NCBI RefSeq assembly: GCF_009834535.1 | Contig: NC_045697.1 | Location: 95,482,001-95,546,000 of the forward strand | Direction of reading: 5' to 3' | Source: Camelus ferus | Taxonomy: Eukaryota | DNA: 64,000 nucleotides | Shown: one piece after another, positions 21,600-34,022 of the stretch | How positions within the stretch are numbered: the first letter of the stretch is position 1 | Layout of the letters: each line of letters starts with the position of its first letter | Notes under the pieces: generated by a model | What the model was told of the DNA's origin: nothing | Seen by the model: the letters and a program-made list of their open reading frames with translations, nothing else | Database searches by the model: none | Program-made: the position numbers and the translations under genes

Positions 21600-24500
21600 C
21601 AGTGAAAGTATTGAGGTTTATTTCCTTTCCTTCTTCTGGCTCAGTTCTCCCTCCACTTGGAAGGAAACTGACCTTTCTCTGCCTGAAAACTCTGGAGCCC
21701 CTCTCCTGGGGACTTTGCCTTCCAATGGACCACCCAGTCTCCCCAAGATTCACTTCATCTCCTCATCGCCACCAGGCTTATAACTAGAGGTCAGATTCCT
21801 GTGTACCTGGAGGGAAGAGAAGAATTAAAAGGTCTTCCCAGGGAGACATAGTGAGTTAAGTAAATGTGTTCCATGATCTTAACAATTTATATCAGGGCCT
21901 TAACAACCTATATCAGGAATGTAGAGAAATAGTTGTGTAGAGTAATAAAACATAATTTGGCCTGTATAATTAGAAATATATTTTTTTTCCTGAAGTGGAT
22001 GAGTAGGCATCAAATTTGAATGATTGCAATCGAAAATGAAGGTCTTGCAAAACTTTCCAAATTCAAACGAATTCATAGGCCCAAAATGCTTTGCGAAATA
22101 GCCTAGTTTCAATTGAAGAAGAATCTGGCTCTATTGACATAAATGTGTATTGTAGATCTCTTTTTAAGCCTTCCTCAGAGGGACTTAGCAGATGATACCA
22201 GTTGACTTTGTTCTGAGGAAATGTAAATATTCATACTTTGGGAGGATTGTTAGATACTATCTCTCTGGGTTGACACTGGGTGGTCCATCTTTCAGCGTAT
22301 GGCCCAATGAACATCAGAGTTCTCTGGTGATCAGAGAGGTTTTAGAGTTTTTATATTAAGAGTAGGCCAATTAGATTCACCTGTCAATCTTCTGCTTTCC
22401 CCTAGTTGTTAAAAGGGATTATACACAACAATGAATATAATCCCCAGGACACTGAGTGTTTTAATTATTGTTAGGAAGAGTCACTTAAGAACCCCTGGAC
22501 CTGACCCTTCCTATCAAAGGAGTAAAGCAAAGACAAAACTATCCAATATTTGAGGGTGATACTATCTACTACATTGATGGTTAGCAGGAAAATAGCTTTT
22601 CATCATCTTAAATTTAATGAAATGGTGAATCCAGTTGCAGCTACCATTCTAGTTTTGGTACCTTGGAGCAAATGAGTTTGGGCTATTGGCTTGGCAATTA
22701 TATCACTCTTCGCATACATTAGCAAGGACTTCCAGAAGTAGCTTACATTCACGAAAAGGGAGAGCAGTAGATCTTCATGATACGAATTTAGGACCATGCC
22801 TCTATTCTAGTCTGTCAAAATATGGTGCATGGAGTTATTGATTGTCCAGACAAGCCATTTAACATCACTCTTGCCAACTCCATGAATAATGTCATGATAT
22901 TTTGATGTGGTGAGTAGGGGTAGTAAATAACTGAGATATTTTAGCAAAACATATATGCCTAAGGGTGAAAGGTAAAACCTCAAAATTTAGGAGTTTTCTA
23001 TGATAGTGAAATTCCATTTAGTGGTCAAGTACTGTGCTTCTCAAGCTCAAATGTGCATACACACAAATCATGGAGGATTTTGTAAATGTGCATATTGTGA
23101 TAGAGTAGGTCTGTGATAAAGCTTGAGATGCTGCATTCTTCACAAGCTACTGGGTAATGCTGGTGCTGCTTTTGGTGAACCCTCCTTTAAGGAGGAAGGG
23201 GCTAGCTTCTAAATTTGAAAATAACTTACTGCATCTTGTACCACTTGCCAATTAGAAGGAGATACAATGTTAAGTAAGCCTCTCAAGATTTTAGAAGTAA
23301 AATGTATCATATCTGGGTGAGCTTCGTCAAACTATTCCTCCAGTAATTTGAGAGATTTCTAGCTTCTAAGAGTGTGAAAAACCAAAGAAGTATGTCAAGT
23401 CCAGGTTGCAGTGCAAGTTTCTTGGCAGACCTTATGCACAACATATCCAATGGTGTCCCACACGTTTCTGGTGGGTACAAAGTAGCAGTCAATTCCTAAG
23501 AGGAGAATCACAGCATAGGAGTTTTCATATAATTTATTCCTTAGCTGATAAATAATCCTCTTAGGTCTCATTCCTGGGCCTCGTTAGTGATTTTATGATT
23601 TATTCGGGACTCCAAGTGGTATTTGATCAAAGCAGCATCTTATGCACTGATTTATTTTTCTCCCACAAAACTCGGTGTCAATAGCATCTCTGCAGTATGA
23701 AATGGAGGTGAGATTGTGCACAAATAGGGCTGAAACAAGTTTTCAGTGGACGACTCAGACTCTCACAACACCTCCCACAGTGCATAGCTGCTCTGGCCTT
23801 TTCCCGCACTACCACCTCAGGAACGATAAACTGTCAAGAGTTGAGGGAAGAAGTATTTCTTGGGCAGGTATGAAATCCTGCCATCAGGTAGACGTAGGCT
23901 CTTACAGCACTTCAGCCCCTTGAACGGCTGGCCCTAAAGGACAACGGTAAAGGAAAATACTTCTGGAGGCAGGATTTTAGCAGGACATCCAGTTATGCAT
24001 TTCACATGGAAGGAGAAAAGACATAACTAAATAATTTGCAAGGCCTCTTGGTTTGGCTAGTTAGTAAGCGACTAGAAAGAAATTGTGAGATTTGACAAAA
24101 GGATATGTTGAAGGAATATATGGTTGGGTTTCTCATAATGAGCACCAAGTTTGCAGATGTTTGTGGCCCTTATGAAAGTTTACATACATCGCTGCATTGC
24201 AGAGGGATCCCTCAATGTTCAGGTGGGCCATGTGGTTCATCTTTGGGGTATTAGCCTGCTTTTATCATCAGCCATCCTGGTGCTTACGGGATGAATCTAT
24301 GTGCAAAGTGGCCATGGTAGCAGAGTTTGAGGTTAAGCATGAGCTCGACAAACAAAATTTGTCCTCATCAAAATCTGGTTTACTGACATGGCTGAAGGCC
24401 AGACGTGGAAAAAGCAGAAGTCAAGTCTATGCTCTGCTATGGCACCATTCTCCCGGGGGGATCGTTCACCCCACTGGTGGCAAGTTGATTATGTTGAACT

Positions 24501-24790
24501 CTTTCCATTGGATGTCTTCTGTCATGCAAGAGGCAACAACTTGGCCTCTCTATAGGCATCTATTCTAGTAACCACCATTTCTATGCCCTGATGGCCGTGA
24601 TTCTGCCAGCATTGCCATCTAAGACCTGTTGAATGCCTTGTTCATTGTCCTGATGTTCTGAACATGTTTCCAAACAAGGAACAGATTTCATAGCAAAAGA
24701 AGTATAGCAGTATACTCACGCCCATAGAATTCACTGCCCAAACAACACAATTCAGTACTCAGTCATTTAAGTTACCTGGAGTGAATGGAA
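21600..24790 (+). mobile_element. ERVL (HERV-L/MERVL-class) internal region, decayed gag-pol
   Basis: Gag-like 'SPQD...LIATRLITR' (~21,740); RT-like 'LKFNEMVNPVAATI' (~22,605) and 'AIGLAIISLFAYISKDFQK*LTFT' (~22,682); RNaseH-like 'ALQPLERLALKDNGKGK' (~23,907); integrase-like 'YGTI...WWQVDY' (~24,440-24,495) and 'KQGTDFIAKEV*QYTHAHRIH' (~24,672); many stops and frameshifts. Confidence 0.85.
23030..23200. mobile_element. MER5A-like hAT-Charlie MITE inserted in ERVL pol
   Basis: 'gcttctcaagct...gtgcatac...aatca...agtaggtctg...gagatgctgcattct..acaagct..tgggtaatgctggtgctgct'. Confidence 0.75.
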
Positions 24791-27129
24791 GGGGAAAAGC
24801 TTCATAAAGTTAAAGATATCATACAAAGAGACTGGAATGAGAAAAATCAGACTATTTCCTTTATATCTTTCATTTTTTTGCAAAGATACCCTAAAGTTGT
24901 AATCAGTTCATTGGCATTTTATCCTCAAATTGCCAGTATTATTAAAAAAAAAAAAAAGATCTTTCAGGATTATTATGATGTATTTAGGCTAATTTTACAT
25001 GTACTTACTTTATGTCTAATTTCACAAGAAAATTGGAATGGGCTAAGTGGTGGTGGTTACAAGGTGAACCTCTGCAGTGCAAAAAAAAGCAGTTTTGTGA
25101 ACTCAAGCTCTCATAATTACTGACAGCATATAAGTGCAAAGTGCAGTTTGTATGCATATTAATTACTTTATATCTGTGGTATCTCTTTAGGATTCAAATG
25201 TGAAGATAGTGAAGTAACTTATTCCATTCATTAAATCATTTAAAATATTTACATTGTGTTCACATTGAGCCAGTATTTTGCTCAATGTTGGGTATATAAA
25301 TTAATACAAATTATTAATCTCAAGTTTATTACCATAACTCTAATTTCCTAGTCACCACTCTTCTCAGATGTAGTTCACTGACAGTACTGTCAGTATTTTC
25401 AAGATTTATAAATATCAATACCACAATAACTACAGGCAGCTATAAAATGCTGATCCCCAAAATATATTTAGCCATCAATAACAAAATCAGAGGCCAAGTG
25501 TACATGGGAATCTCACCATCATCATATGTCTGTAATATATTAAGATACTTGCCCTTTAAAGATTTTTAAAATGTATTGTTTTACATTATATTTCACTGTA
25601 TCTTACCTACCTTTTTTTAAAAATTGTGCTGATCTATTCATAACATTTTTCCCTCAGTAGAGTCCTCACTTTATTAGGATTCCTTTTTTTAATCTTGTTT
25701 TCCCTGCTTTTTTATTACAAATGAGTGGCATTTGATCTTTGTTATCAAATTTTGACAGATGATTTTTTTTTTGAGAACTAACAGTATCCTTTAACTTCCA
25801 TTGAAAATTGACTTTGTTATGCTTTCTAATCAGCTAACCATAGAATTGATATCCTCAGCCATCATAGTTATCTCCAGAAGATGCAGAACTCAAAATAAAA
25901 AATAATTTAAAAGGTAGGAAAGAATAGAGCTAAATATCACTCTACATTTATGATCTCTTTATATTCTCCCCGTGGACAAGATGGCTGTTAACGTTGCCAG
26001 TTATACAACTTTTCTTTTTCATCTTTTTTCCCCCTCTGCATTATGATCATATGCAATGTAAAAAAGTGCTCTCAATTTACTTTGTCGGCCAATAGTAGCA
26101 GAGCCTTTCCTGAGATACTTCATTTTGCTTTTCTCTCTAGTTTTCTTAGCAGGTATTTTCTTTGCATTGTTCCAGTTCTACTCTCTATCCCTGATCAATT
26201 AAATGCTCTGTGTGGCACCATCTGTAGCTAATGTGAGGGTCACCTCCGGAGTCCCTCATGCTGTTTTTCCCTCCACATCTGTAGAACCTTTTTTGTACCC
26301 CAATCTTTTGTGGTTCTTTGAAGCCTTCTCATTTTGCGACTCACTAACTCAGGTCACGAAGCTGCCATGGTGGGGTAGGTGGACCTTTCTTTGAGGATAA
26401 ACTTTATCTTTTTTCTAGACTCAGTGCTAATTGCAACCTAGAGGGAATCACATAAAAAGGAAATTGGTGTCTAAATTGTTTGCTAATGCCACTGAAATTG
26501 TGTTTAGCTAATGTGTATTAGATACTTGAGAATTATTGTGATGAAGGATAATAAGTTTTCAGTGCTTGTAGCCAGAAGATAATTTAGATTAAGAATTAGA
26601 AAAATGCATGCTTTATGTGAATATGTAACCTTTTTAGGACTAACACTTTACATCAAAATAATAATAAACAGATTTGGTGAAATACGATATCTATCTTAAA
26701 TCTTAAGACACTGATGTGGCATCGATAGAGGCCATAAAATTAATATACATTTAAAATGTTCTCTTAGTCTATTTATTATATACAAACATATAAATATGTA
26801 TTGATATGTCTACAAATTCAGTTGAACCCTGTGCTTGTGCGGAGAAATTTGAATGTTAGGAATATAACTAAACGTGAAGATATTATTTTAAAATTCTGAT
26901 TTTTATGTACATAATTATAATAATAATATAAATACCACCTCTTCCTCAAATGTCTATTTTATATGTAGACATATACATGACTACATTCTTTCAAGTAATT
27001 TCCAGCTACTCTAGTTATTGATTCTCTTCCTCATTTAAAAGGATGAAATGCAGACCTTCACCTTCTTGTCTTTGGAAATGTTTCCTCTGCAAAAAAATAG
27101 ATTTCTCTCTAATCCTCCACCCAACCCCA

Positions 27130-27740
27130 GTGCTAAAAGATACATTCGAATACTCTTCTCTCCACTGAATTCTAGACTCATATACTTAACTGAGTACTTG
27201 ACATCTTCATCTAGACATCTACCAGACTTTTAAAACTTAACAGGTCTGATGATAACTCCTGATTTTCCCCTGACGAGGTATTCTCCCTTAGTTGTCCCCA
27301 TACGAGTACTTGGCATCATCGTATACTAAATTGCTCACAGCAGATATCCTGTACCTTCTACCTTCAGTTAATCTGCTATACTTGTTGGCTCTATTTCTAA
27401 ATTCATTTCAAACGTGTCCTTTGTTTATTTCCACTGCCATCTACTTGCCCAAATTATCTGCACAATTACATGAAGCCTTACAACAATCTAGTCTCTGTGC
27501 TTTCTCTCCTGTCCCCTATAGTTTACTCTTCTTAAAGTAAACAGAGTACCTTTTTAAATGTAAATTACACATGTGCCATTCTGCTTGAAACCTACCAATG
27601 ATTTTCCATGACAGGTAGAAAAATATAATTATATTTCAGCCTGAAAACCCCTAAATGATATGGAGTCCGCTCACTGCTGTAACTTTATTTCCCTCCACAC
27701 TCCTGTGTTCTCTATATCCGTACTGTCTTTTTTCTTTAGT
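27130..27740 (+). mobile_element. L2 fragment
   Basis: 'ctctccactgaattctagactcatatac...tttaaaacttaacaggtc...ctgcttgaaacctaccaatg'. Confidence 0.7.
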
Positions 27741-29878
27741 CAGAACATGTCAGGTTTCTTTTTTCTCCCCACTTTATAATTCTAGATTTGAACCATGATT
27801 CAGTGTCATGCTTTCATCTATTAAACTAATCTTTTGAATGAGTAAATCTTGGAAAATTATCCACATGATCAAAAACTTCCTTAAAGTCAGATATTTGGTT
27901 GTGTTATTCTGTAATAGTTGAATTATCTAGTCTATTAAGGAGAATAATTATTAAACTATATATGCCATGAATATAAAATTCTATAAAATGCTCCTGTTTA
28001 TCTCAGTGTACAAGAAAAAGATGATGTTGACTGGGGAGAAAAAGTAGATTTAATAAACATGTATTTAGTAACTTCTATGCACTAGACATTTGGTTAGGTG
28101 TTTTACTTTATCTCAGTTAACAAAGATTGTTCACATGTTAGATCTATCTCAACTACATTTTTGGATTGTCACGTAATGCTCTGTATACTTTTAGTTTTGA
28201 ACTTTGAGAGGAGTTTTGTAAAGTCTGAGTGCCTCAACTGAGTACACAGATCCATGGGACGTATGATAGTATTACTGGGTAAGACTTGCTATTCCCTGAG
28301 GAATCTATGCCTACCAATAGCTACAATTCTCCTAGAGAACAAGGAATCTTAACTATTTTAGGTTGCACATCCTGTTGAGTATCTATCTGATGACAGCTAA
28401 GAAACTTAACTCCACACTTATTCACTCATTTTTTCCTTACACCATTTCATAATATTGTGGACTGCCTGAAGTTTGTCCCATGGGTCTCAAGATTAAAAAA
28501 AAAAAAATCCTGCTACTGAGATAAATACTTTGCTGAATTACATCTTAATGATTATCACTTACCTTCAACACTTAGTTAACAAAGCCCTACAAGTCCTACC
28601 ATTAAGCTTTCTACCTCTTAGGACCATATGGCTTGAAAGTCTTGCTTAAGTAACACCAGTAATACTTCCAGCTAAGAACGTTTTGTGAAGTTCTTCTCTG
28701 TTCAAGTCTTAGGTAAGACATAGTTTGGTTACCACTGTTTACATAAAACCTCTGATGGTGTTTTGTCTTCCTAACTTGTTAGGAAGTAACTCTTGTTAAT
28801 AAAGATTCCGTGAGACAAATAGTCAACCAAAGTTCATTTACTTTATGTTCCTTAATTGTGAAGTCTTTTGAGAGCGAAATCTCAGGTGAGCTAATCTCTT
28901 GCTTAATACCCAGACAGAAACATTGGCACAAAACTGATAAATATCATAGAATTCATTAATTAAATATAATAATAGCATATTCTGTTACATGTTTATTGAT
29001 TTTTCTGATTAACTTATAAATATGATTTATTACAAGTTCTCAGTATTACTTCATACCCAACAAAGCATGTATTTCCTTCTCCACTTGTCTCACAGAAACT
29101 CGCCTATCAGTGTGTACTTTGGTTGATCGCTTCCCTTTAGTTCCTGACATGGTCCCAGTCTGTTGCCCTTTCACCACTTTTAGAACTTTCCACTTTAAAA
29201 TATTCGTTCTGAGCAGATGGCATAATCTATTATTACCAGATCCCCACCAAAACGACTCTGATTTTATCTTAAAAGAGAATATTATTATAGTTCCATTTCT
29301 GTCTATTGTGTGAACTGGAAGATCATTTAGAACCTTTAGCTCAACCATATCCTCCGTCAGCAATTCCTTTCTCTAGAGTTCTCCTCCCCACATCCTTTTA
29401 ATGTCAGTATATTGTTCTGGTATAGAAAGAGCACAAGCCCCCTTTCTTTTAATCTTCTTTATTTTCGTATGTACTTATTGAATCTCAGCCAGTCTAGGAG
29501 GTTTTGTTTTGCTACATGCTCGGATAGGTATTACCTGACCTGAACTTCAGCACCTCGGAAATCTTGATCCTTAACTTTCTGCACAGCTAGTACCACAGAC
29601 AGTTATACTGCATCCTGGATTAATTCTCTGCGATAAGCTGGGAAGGAGCTTGACCTTTACAGTCATTGCTAATCAAGCAAAACAAATTATCTGTATAGTT
29701 CCTTGTGTAAATAGCAGTTATGCTGCATCTAATGCCCACGTTGCTCGGTGTTCCATCTCTCTCTTTTTCTCTGCTTCTCAAGAGTTAAAATTGTTTTAAT
29801 TTCCAAATACCTGAGATCTCTGTCCTCTTGTTAAGAAAGGAATCTTCTGTTAAATGAAAATGTCCTATTATCGAAGTT

Positions 29879-29908
29879 AAATAAAAATAAATAAATAAAT
29901 AAATAAAT
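29879..29908. repeat. (AAAT)n microsatellite
   Basis: aaataaaaataaataaataaataaataaat. Confidence 0.85.
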
Positions 29909-32900
29909 AGATTAAGATAGTTCTGGCACAGAGGAATTGTGGCTTTGGATTTATTTAAATATAAACTTTCAGTTTTTTCTCTAATATATGTTATTACTGC
30001 TTGTCATACACTTTTTTATCATACACTTTCATGATGTAGGTGAAACATTCTGCTTTCTGTAACAACTACTAGTATCTAAAACATATTTTTAACTTTTGTC
30101 AAATTTATTAGAGTCTAGGAAGACTTTTATGTTTGTATTTTTACTTCCTTTGAATGTAGACAGATTTCTTGTAGTTTAAGAGAATATGAAGAAAAACATT
30201 CTTGACTTTTTTTAACATTTAAACTTAATGTTTATTTAGCCCAACCCTCACTGTCCTGGAGAGTAAAATAAATCTGGATGTTCTCAAATTTCCAGCTGTA
30301 GAGCTGAAATGTAACTTATGCATTGTAAAGACGTACGTTTGTGATTGTGAGGTTATCTTGCTTGAGAAGTGAAACAAAACCCCTTAAATGACATGTATTT
30401 CTGCTATAAGATTATATGAGGTAGATTTCAAATCCATTTTATTAATAAAGTAAATATACCTTAAGTGAGTAAAGCATGTACAAGTTTTAAGATTATACCT
30501 TTTTCCCTCAATCACTACTTAGTAATAAAATCTATAATTTTAGTTTCTGTATTTCTACTAAGATTTTTAAGATCAAACTATCCTAAGGGGAAATATTTTT
30601 GTACAACCATTTAGGAGACACTGAGATGACATTTTACTGCTCACTGATCCTGTAGGGTATATGAAAGTTCTGTAGTAGGCTAAATGTATGATTAAGTATG
30701 TTTCCTCATCCAGATTTAAAATAAATCTTAATCAATCTGGATTTTGTAGAATTTTATGCATCTAATATTACACTTCTGTGTGCACACATTTCTGGGTAAG
30801 TTTCTATTTTGGTTTGCAAACTGTTTCAAGTTTTAATATTTGTTTTGCAACTCATCTTAATTAGTATAAGCATTTACATTTTATGGGTGAAAATAAGCTA
30901 CAACTATCAATTGGGTGACTACTCAAACCACAGAAACTATTCCGCACTTGGAAGATCAGTTTCATAGTTGTTTTAATATCTGTATTTTATGACTTAATCA
31001 TAAAAATTACACAGTCAATAAAGAAGTATGGAGTAAGTGTTTACATTTCTTCTGGCTATCATTACTTTGCTTGTTAAACAGATTTGTCTAGAATATCCTT
31101 TATTTTATGATTAACTTCTAGCAAGGAAAAATACTCACATCCGACTTTGAACTGGTAAAATGATTCAGCAGAAGCACCAAAGATTAATGTTGAGTAAAAC
31201 TTGCCCATTAAACATTGTTGACATTTGTTATATTTAACTTCATGGGATAATACAAACGTATTTGTAAAGATCATGCCTCAATTTATCTATTAGCATAGAA
31301 AATGTCATTATTTATTAGGCTAAATTTTAGAAGATAACACTACAACTAATTTATTTTTAAATCAAATGAGAAATATAATTCTAATTTGCTATAAAATAAA
31401 ACTAGAATGATATGAGTGGTATGCTTATAAATTTTAAATGTATTTTTGACATCTAATTAATGTATTTTGAACATTTATCAATCTTTTCATCACTTCCAGA
31501 AATAAAAGAGTATTATATAAAACTTGTAAAGGAAAAGGTTGATGAAAAGGCTTTATATTGAAGAAGCATCTTGCTAGTGTGAATGGGTAACCTTCTCCTA
31601 CTCACTGTGAATTATGAAGTAATGAGCCTGCTGGAAAAAATCCAGACTTCATCAGGAAAAACAAGGATACTGATGTTCCTCTTGCTTTGGATAAAAAATA
31701 ATAACAGTAACAAAGATGACTTTTCATCAAACTAGTGATAATAGATTGAATCAGCCTTGCTCTGACTTTGAATTGTACACCTTTACAAGTATTATATTTT
31801 CTATTACATTCAGAAATATAAGTCATATTTTTCTAAAGTCAGTGTGTTCTAGGTATCAAATAATTCATTAAACATTTTTAGATATATGAGGTTACCTGGA
31901 TGTGACAACTTACAAAATTTCCATTTGTAGTTGAAAACGGGTAATGCCAATCAAAGAAAATAAAGTATTATTTTTACTTATTTTCTCCTAACAGTATCAA
32001 AGAGCAGAGCGTCTAGTTGAGACTTTGGATTTATGAGTAAGCACAGAATGAGCTTATGGCAAGGTGTTTGGGAAATATTAGGGTTACTACAACTGACCAC
32101 ACAAAGTTTAGGTCATTTTTGGAATTGAGATGCAGTGTTACCAGGTTTAGATTAAGAAAGATTCAGAATATGTGTTTTGAGACATGGACCAAGAAAAACA
32201 TCTGTTCACTTTATGCATAAAACAAAGAATTTGGGTTTACCCATGTGACCCAAAGGGTTCCATTTTTTTTGATCAATATTCTAGATTAAGGTTTTGTCAT
32301 CGAAAGGAAGACCATCTTCATTTTTAAATAACTTATTATTAAATATGTTCAGGGTTCATATAGTTCAGCTGAATATTGGAAGTTGAGAACTATTAAGCTG
32401 GAAAGATTAGTGAATCCTAAATAGGTAAATCCTAATAACTAAGAAATTGCCATCAAAATGAACCATTTTTCATCAATAAATAGTCATTAAAGTAATAAAG
32501 TCATATTTTCAAAGATGAGCATCTCAGTTATATTTATTAATGTATCGGTGTATCAAAATATAAATAAAATACTTAAATGTGAAATGAAAGATGACTTTAA
32601 AAAAAATGGTACATCTTATAACCATTAGAATTCATGCTTTGATGAAGTCTCTGTTTTTATTGCTAGTAAACCTTCAAGTGTTTAAAGTAATGTAAATTCC
32701 TCCAAGAACCTTGCATTCTCTACTTTTTAAAAATTCTAATTTTTTCAAAGTCACCATGAAATAGAATATACCATTAAAGTCTTTCATAGTTATGGTCACT
32801 CTATTATGTACTCTAGTTTTCCATCTTTTATAGAATATCTCTGAGTGTATAATCATTACAGATTTTTTCCTGTCCTGTATTTTATAGTTTGTTTACCTGA

Positions 32901-32949
32901 GATTTCATCATCAGTTAATTTATTCTGTTTACTTTTATATTAGGACTAG

Positions 32950-33800
32950 TTGTTTTACTGTTTTTACCTGATACTGATAATTTCTGAGTTATCTCTGGGT
33001 TAGTTTCTGTGTACACATTTTATCCAGGTAATGAATCCATTTACATGCTTCCTCATATGTCTATGTTTATTTCATCAGAGGCTGGATATTGTAGACGGCT
33101 GATTGTTGAGTGTCTGTATTATGTTGTTTTCCTTTAAAGAGTGTAGAGTTTTGTTCTGGCAAGAGTTAATTTACTGGTAGCTCAGCTTTGTCCTGCCAGG
33201 ACACGAGTTTAGACTTTGTTTGGAGTCGTCCATAATTGTAGACTCAAATAGCCCTGTTCTGAAAGCATGGCTTTTGCAGAGATTCAAGAGGATGCCTGAG
33301 TGTTTGGCAAGGTTTCCTCCACTTTAATGACTTCAACACTGCACAACCTTTACAATCTGTTCATTTCACAGCTCCCAGGAGCTGTTATTTGAGAATAGAG
33401 AAAAGAAGGAAAAAAAGAGAAAAAGAAAAAGCCTTCAGAGTTTAGTGCTTTGGATGCACAGGGTAGTATTTGCTTAACAACTAAGGAAGATCCTATCAGT
33501 TTCTACTTCTCTGAGCAGCTCTCTCATTTCTGGTCTCCTGCACTATAAATTTCTACCATCTCAGCAGCCCCAACCTCTAATTTCTGTGTCTTCTGCCCAG
33601 CAAGAACCCTGTTCTCTGGGCACCATTTGCCTTTGCTGAATTTGGAAATTGTTCTAGGTAGAAGGCTAAAGTGAATGTGGAATTCACCTGCATTTCCATT
33701 TTCTCAAGAACCATAGACCTGCACTGTCAGATTTCCAATTTATGGAATTCATTGCTTCATAGATTTCCCAGCTTCATAATTGTTTCCAGCATCAGAATCA
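32950..33800 (-). mobile_element. Old L1 (L1ME/HAL1-like) 5'-region remnant
   Basis: 'ggctggatattgtag...ttcctttaaagagtgtagagttttgttctggcaag' recalled from old L1M 5' segments. Confidence 0.45.
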
Positions 33801-33879
33801 GGACCTTATGAGTGTGTAATCAGAAAGAAATAATTTTTTGAGAATGAAAATTGAAATGATGAATTGTTAGATGTCCTTT

Positions 33880-34022
33880 AAACTTCACAAAAAATGTGTA
33901 AGACTATGCTCATTTTACACAAATGGAATATGCTCAGAAAAGTTAAGTAAAATCCAGGAATCACATTTAGGAGGGTGGAGTCAGAATTGGAATCCAGATG
34001 TGAACAGTTCCAGCATCCGTGT
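33880..34022 (-). mobile_element. MIR SINE whose end is split by the L1 insertion
   Basis: 'cattttacacaaatgg...cagaaaagttaagtaa...atcaca...ggagtcagaattggaatccag'. Confidence 0.6.

Noticed and set aside
30708..30742. 9-bp inverted repeat atccagatt...aatctggat (similarly cgtaacac...gtgttacg at ~58,120)
   Set aside because: Stems this short are expected by chance in 64 kb.
31602..31690. Minus-strand donor GTGAGT with upstream acceptors (possible exon)
   Set aside because: An isolated splice-like site with an unrecognised peptide; such sites are common by chance.
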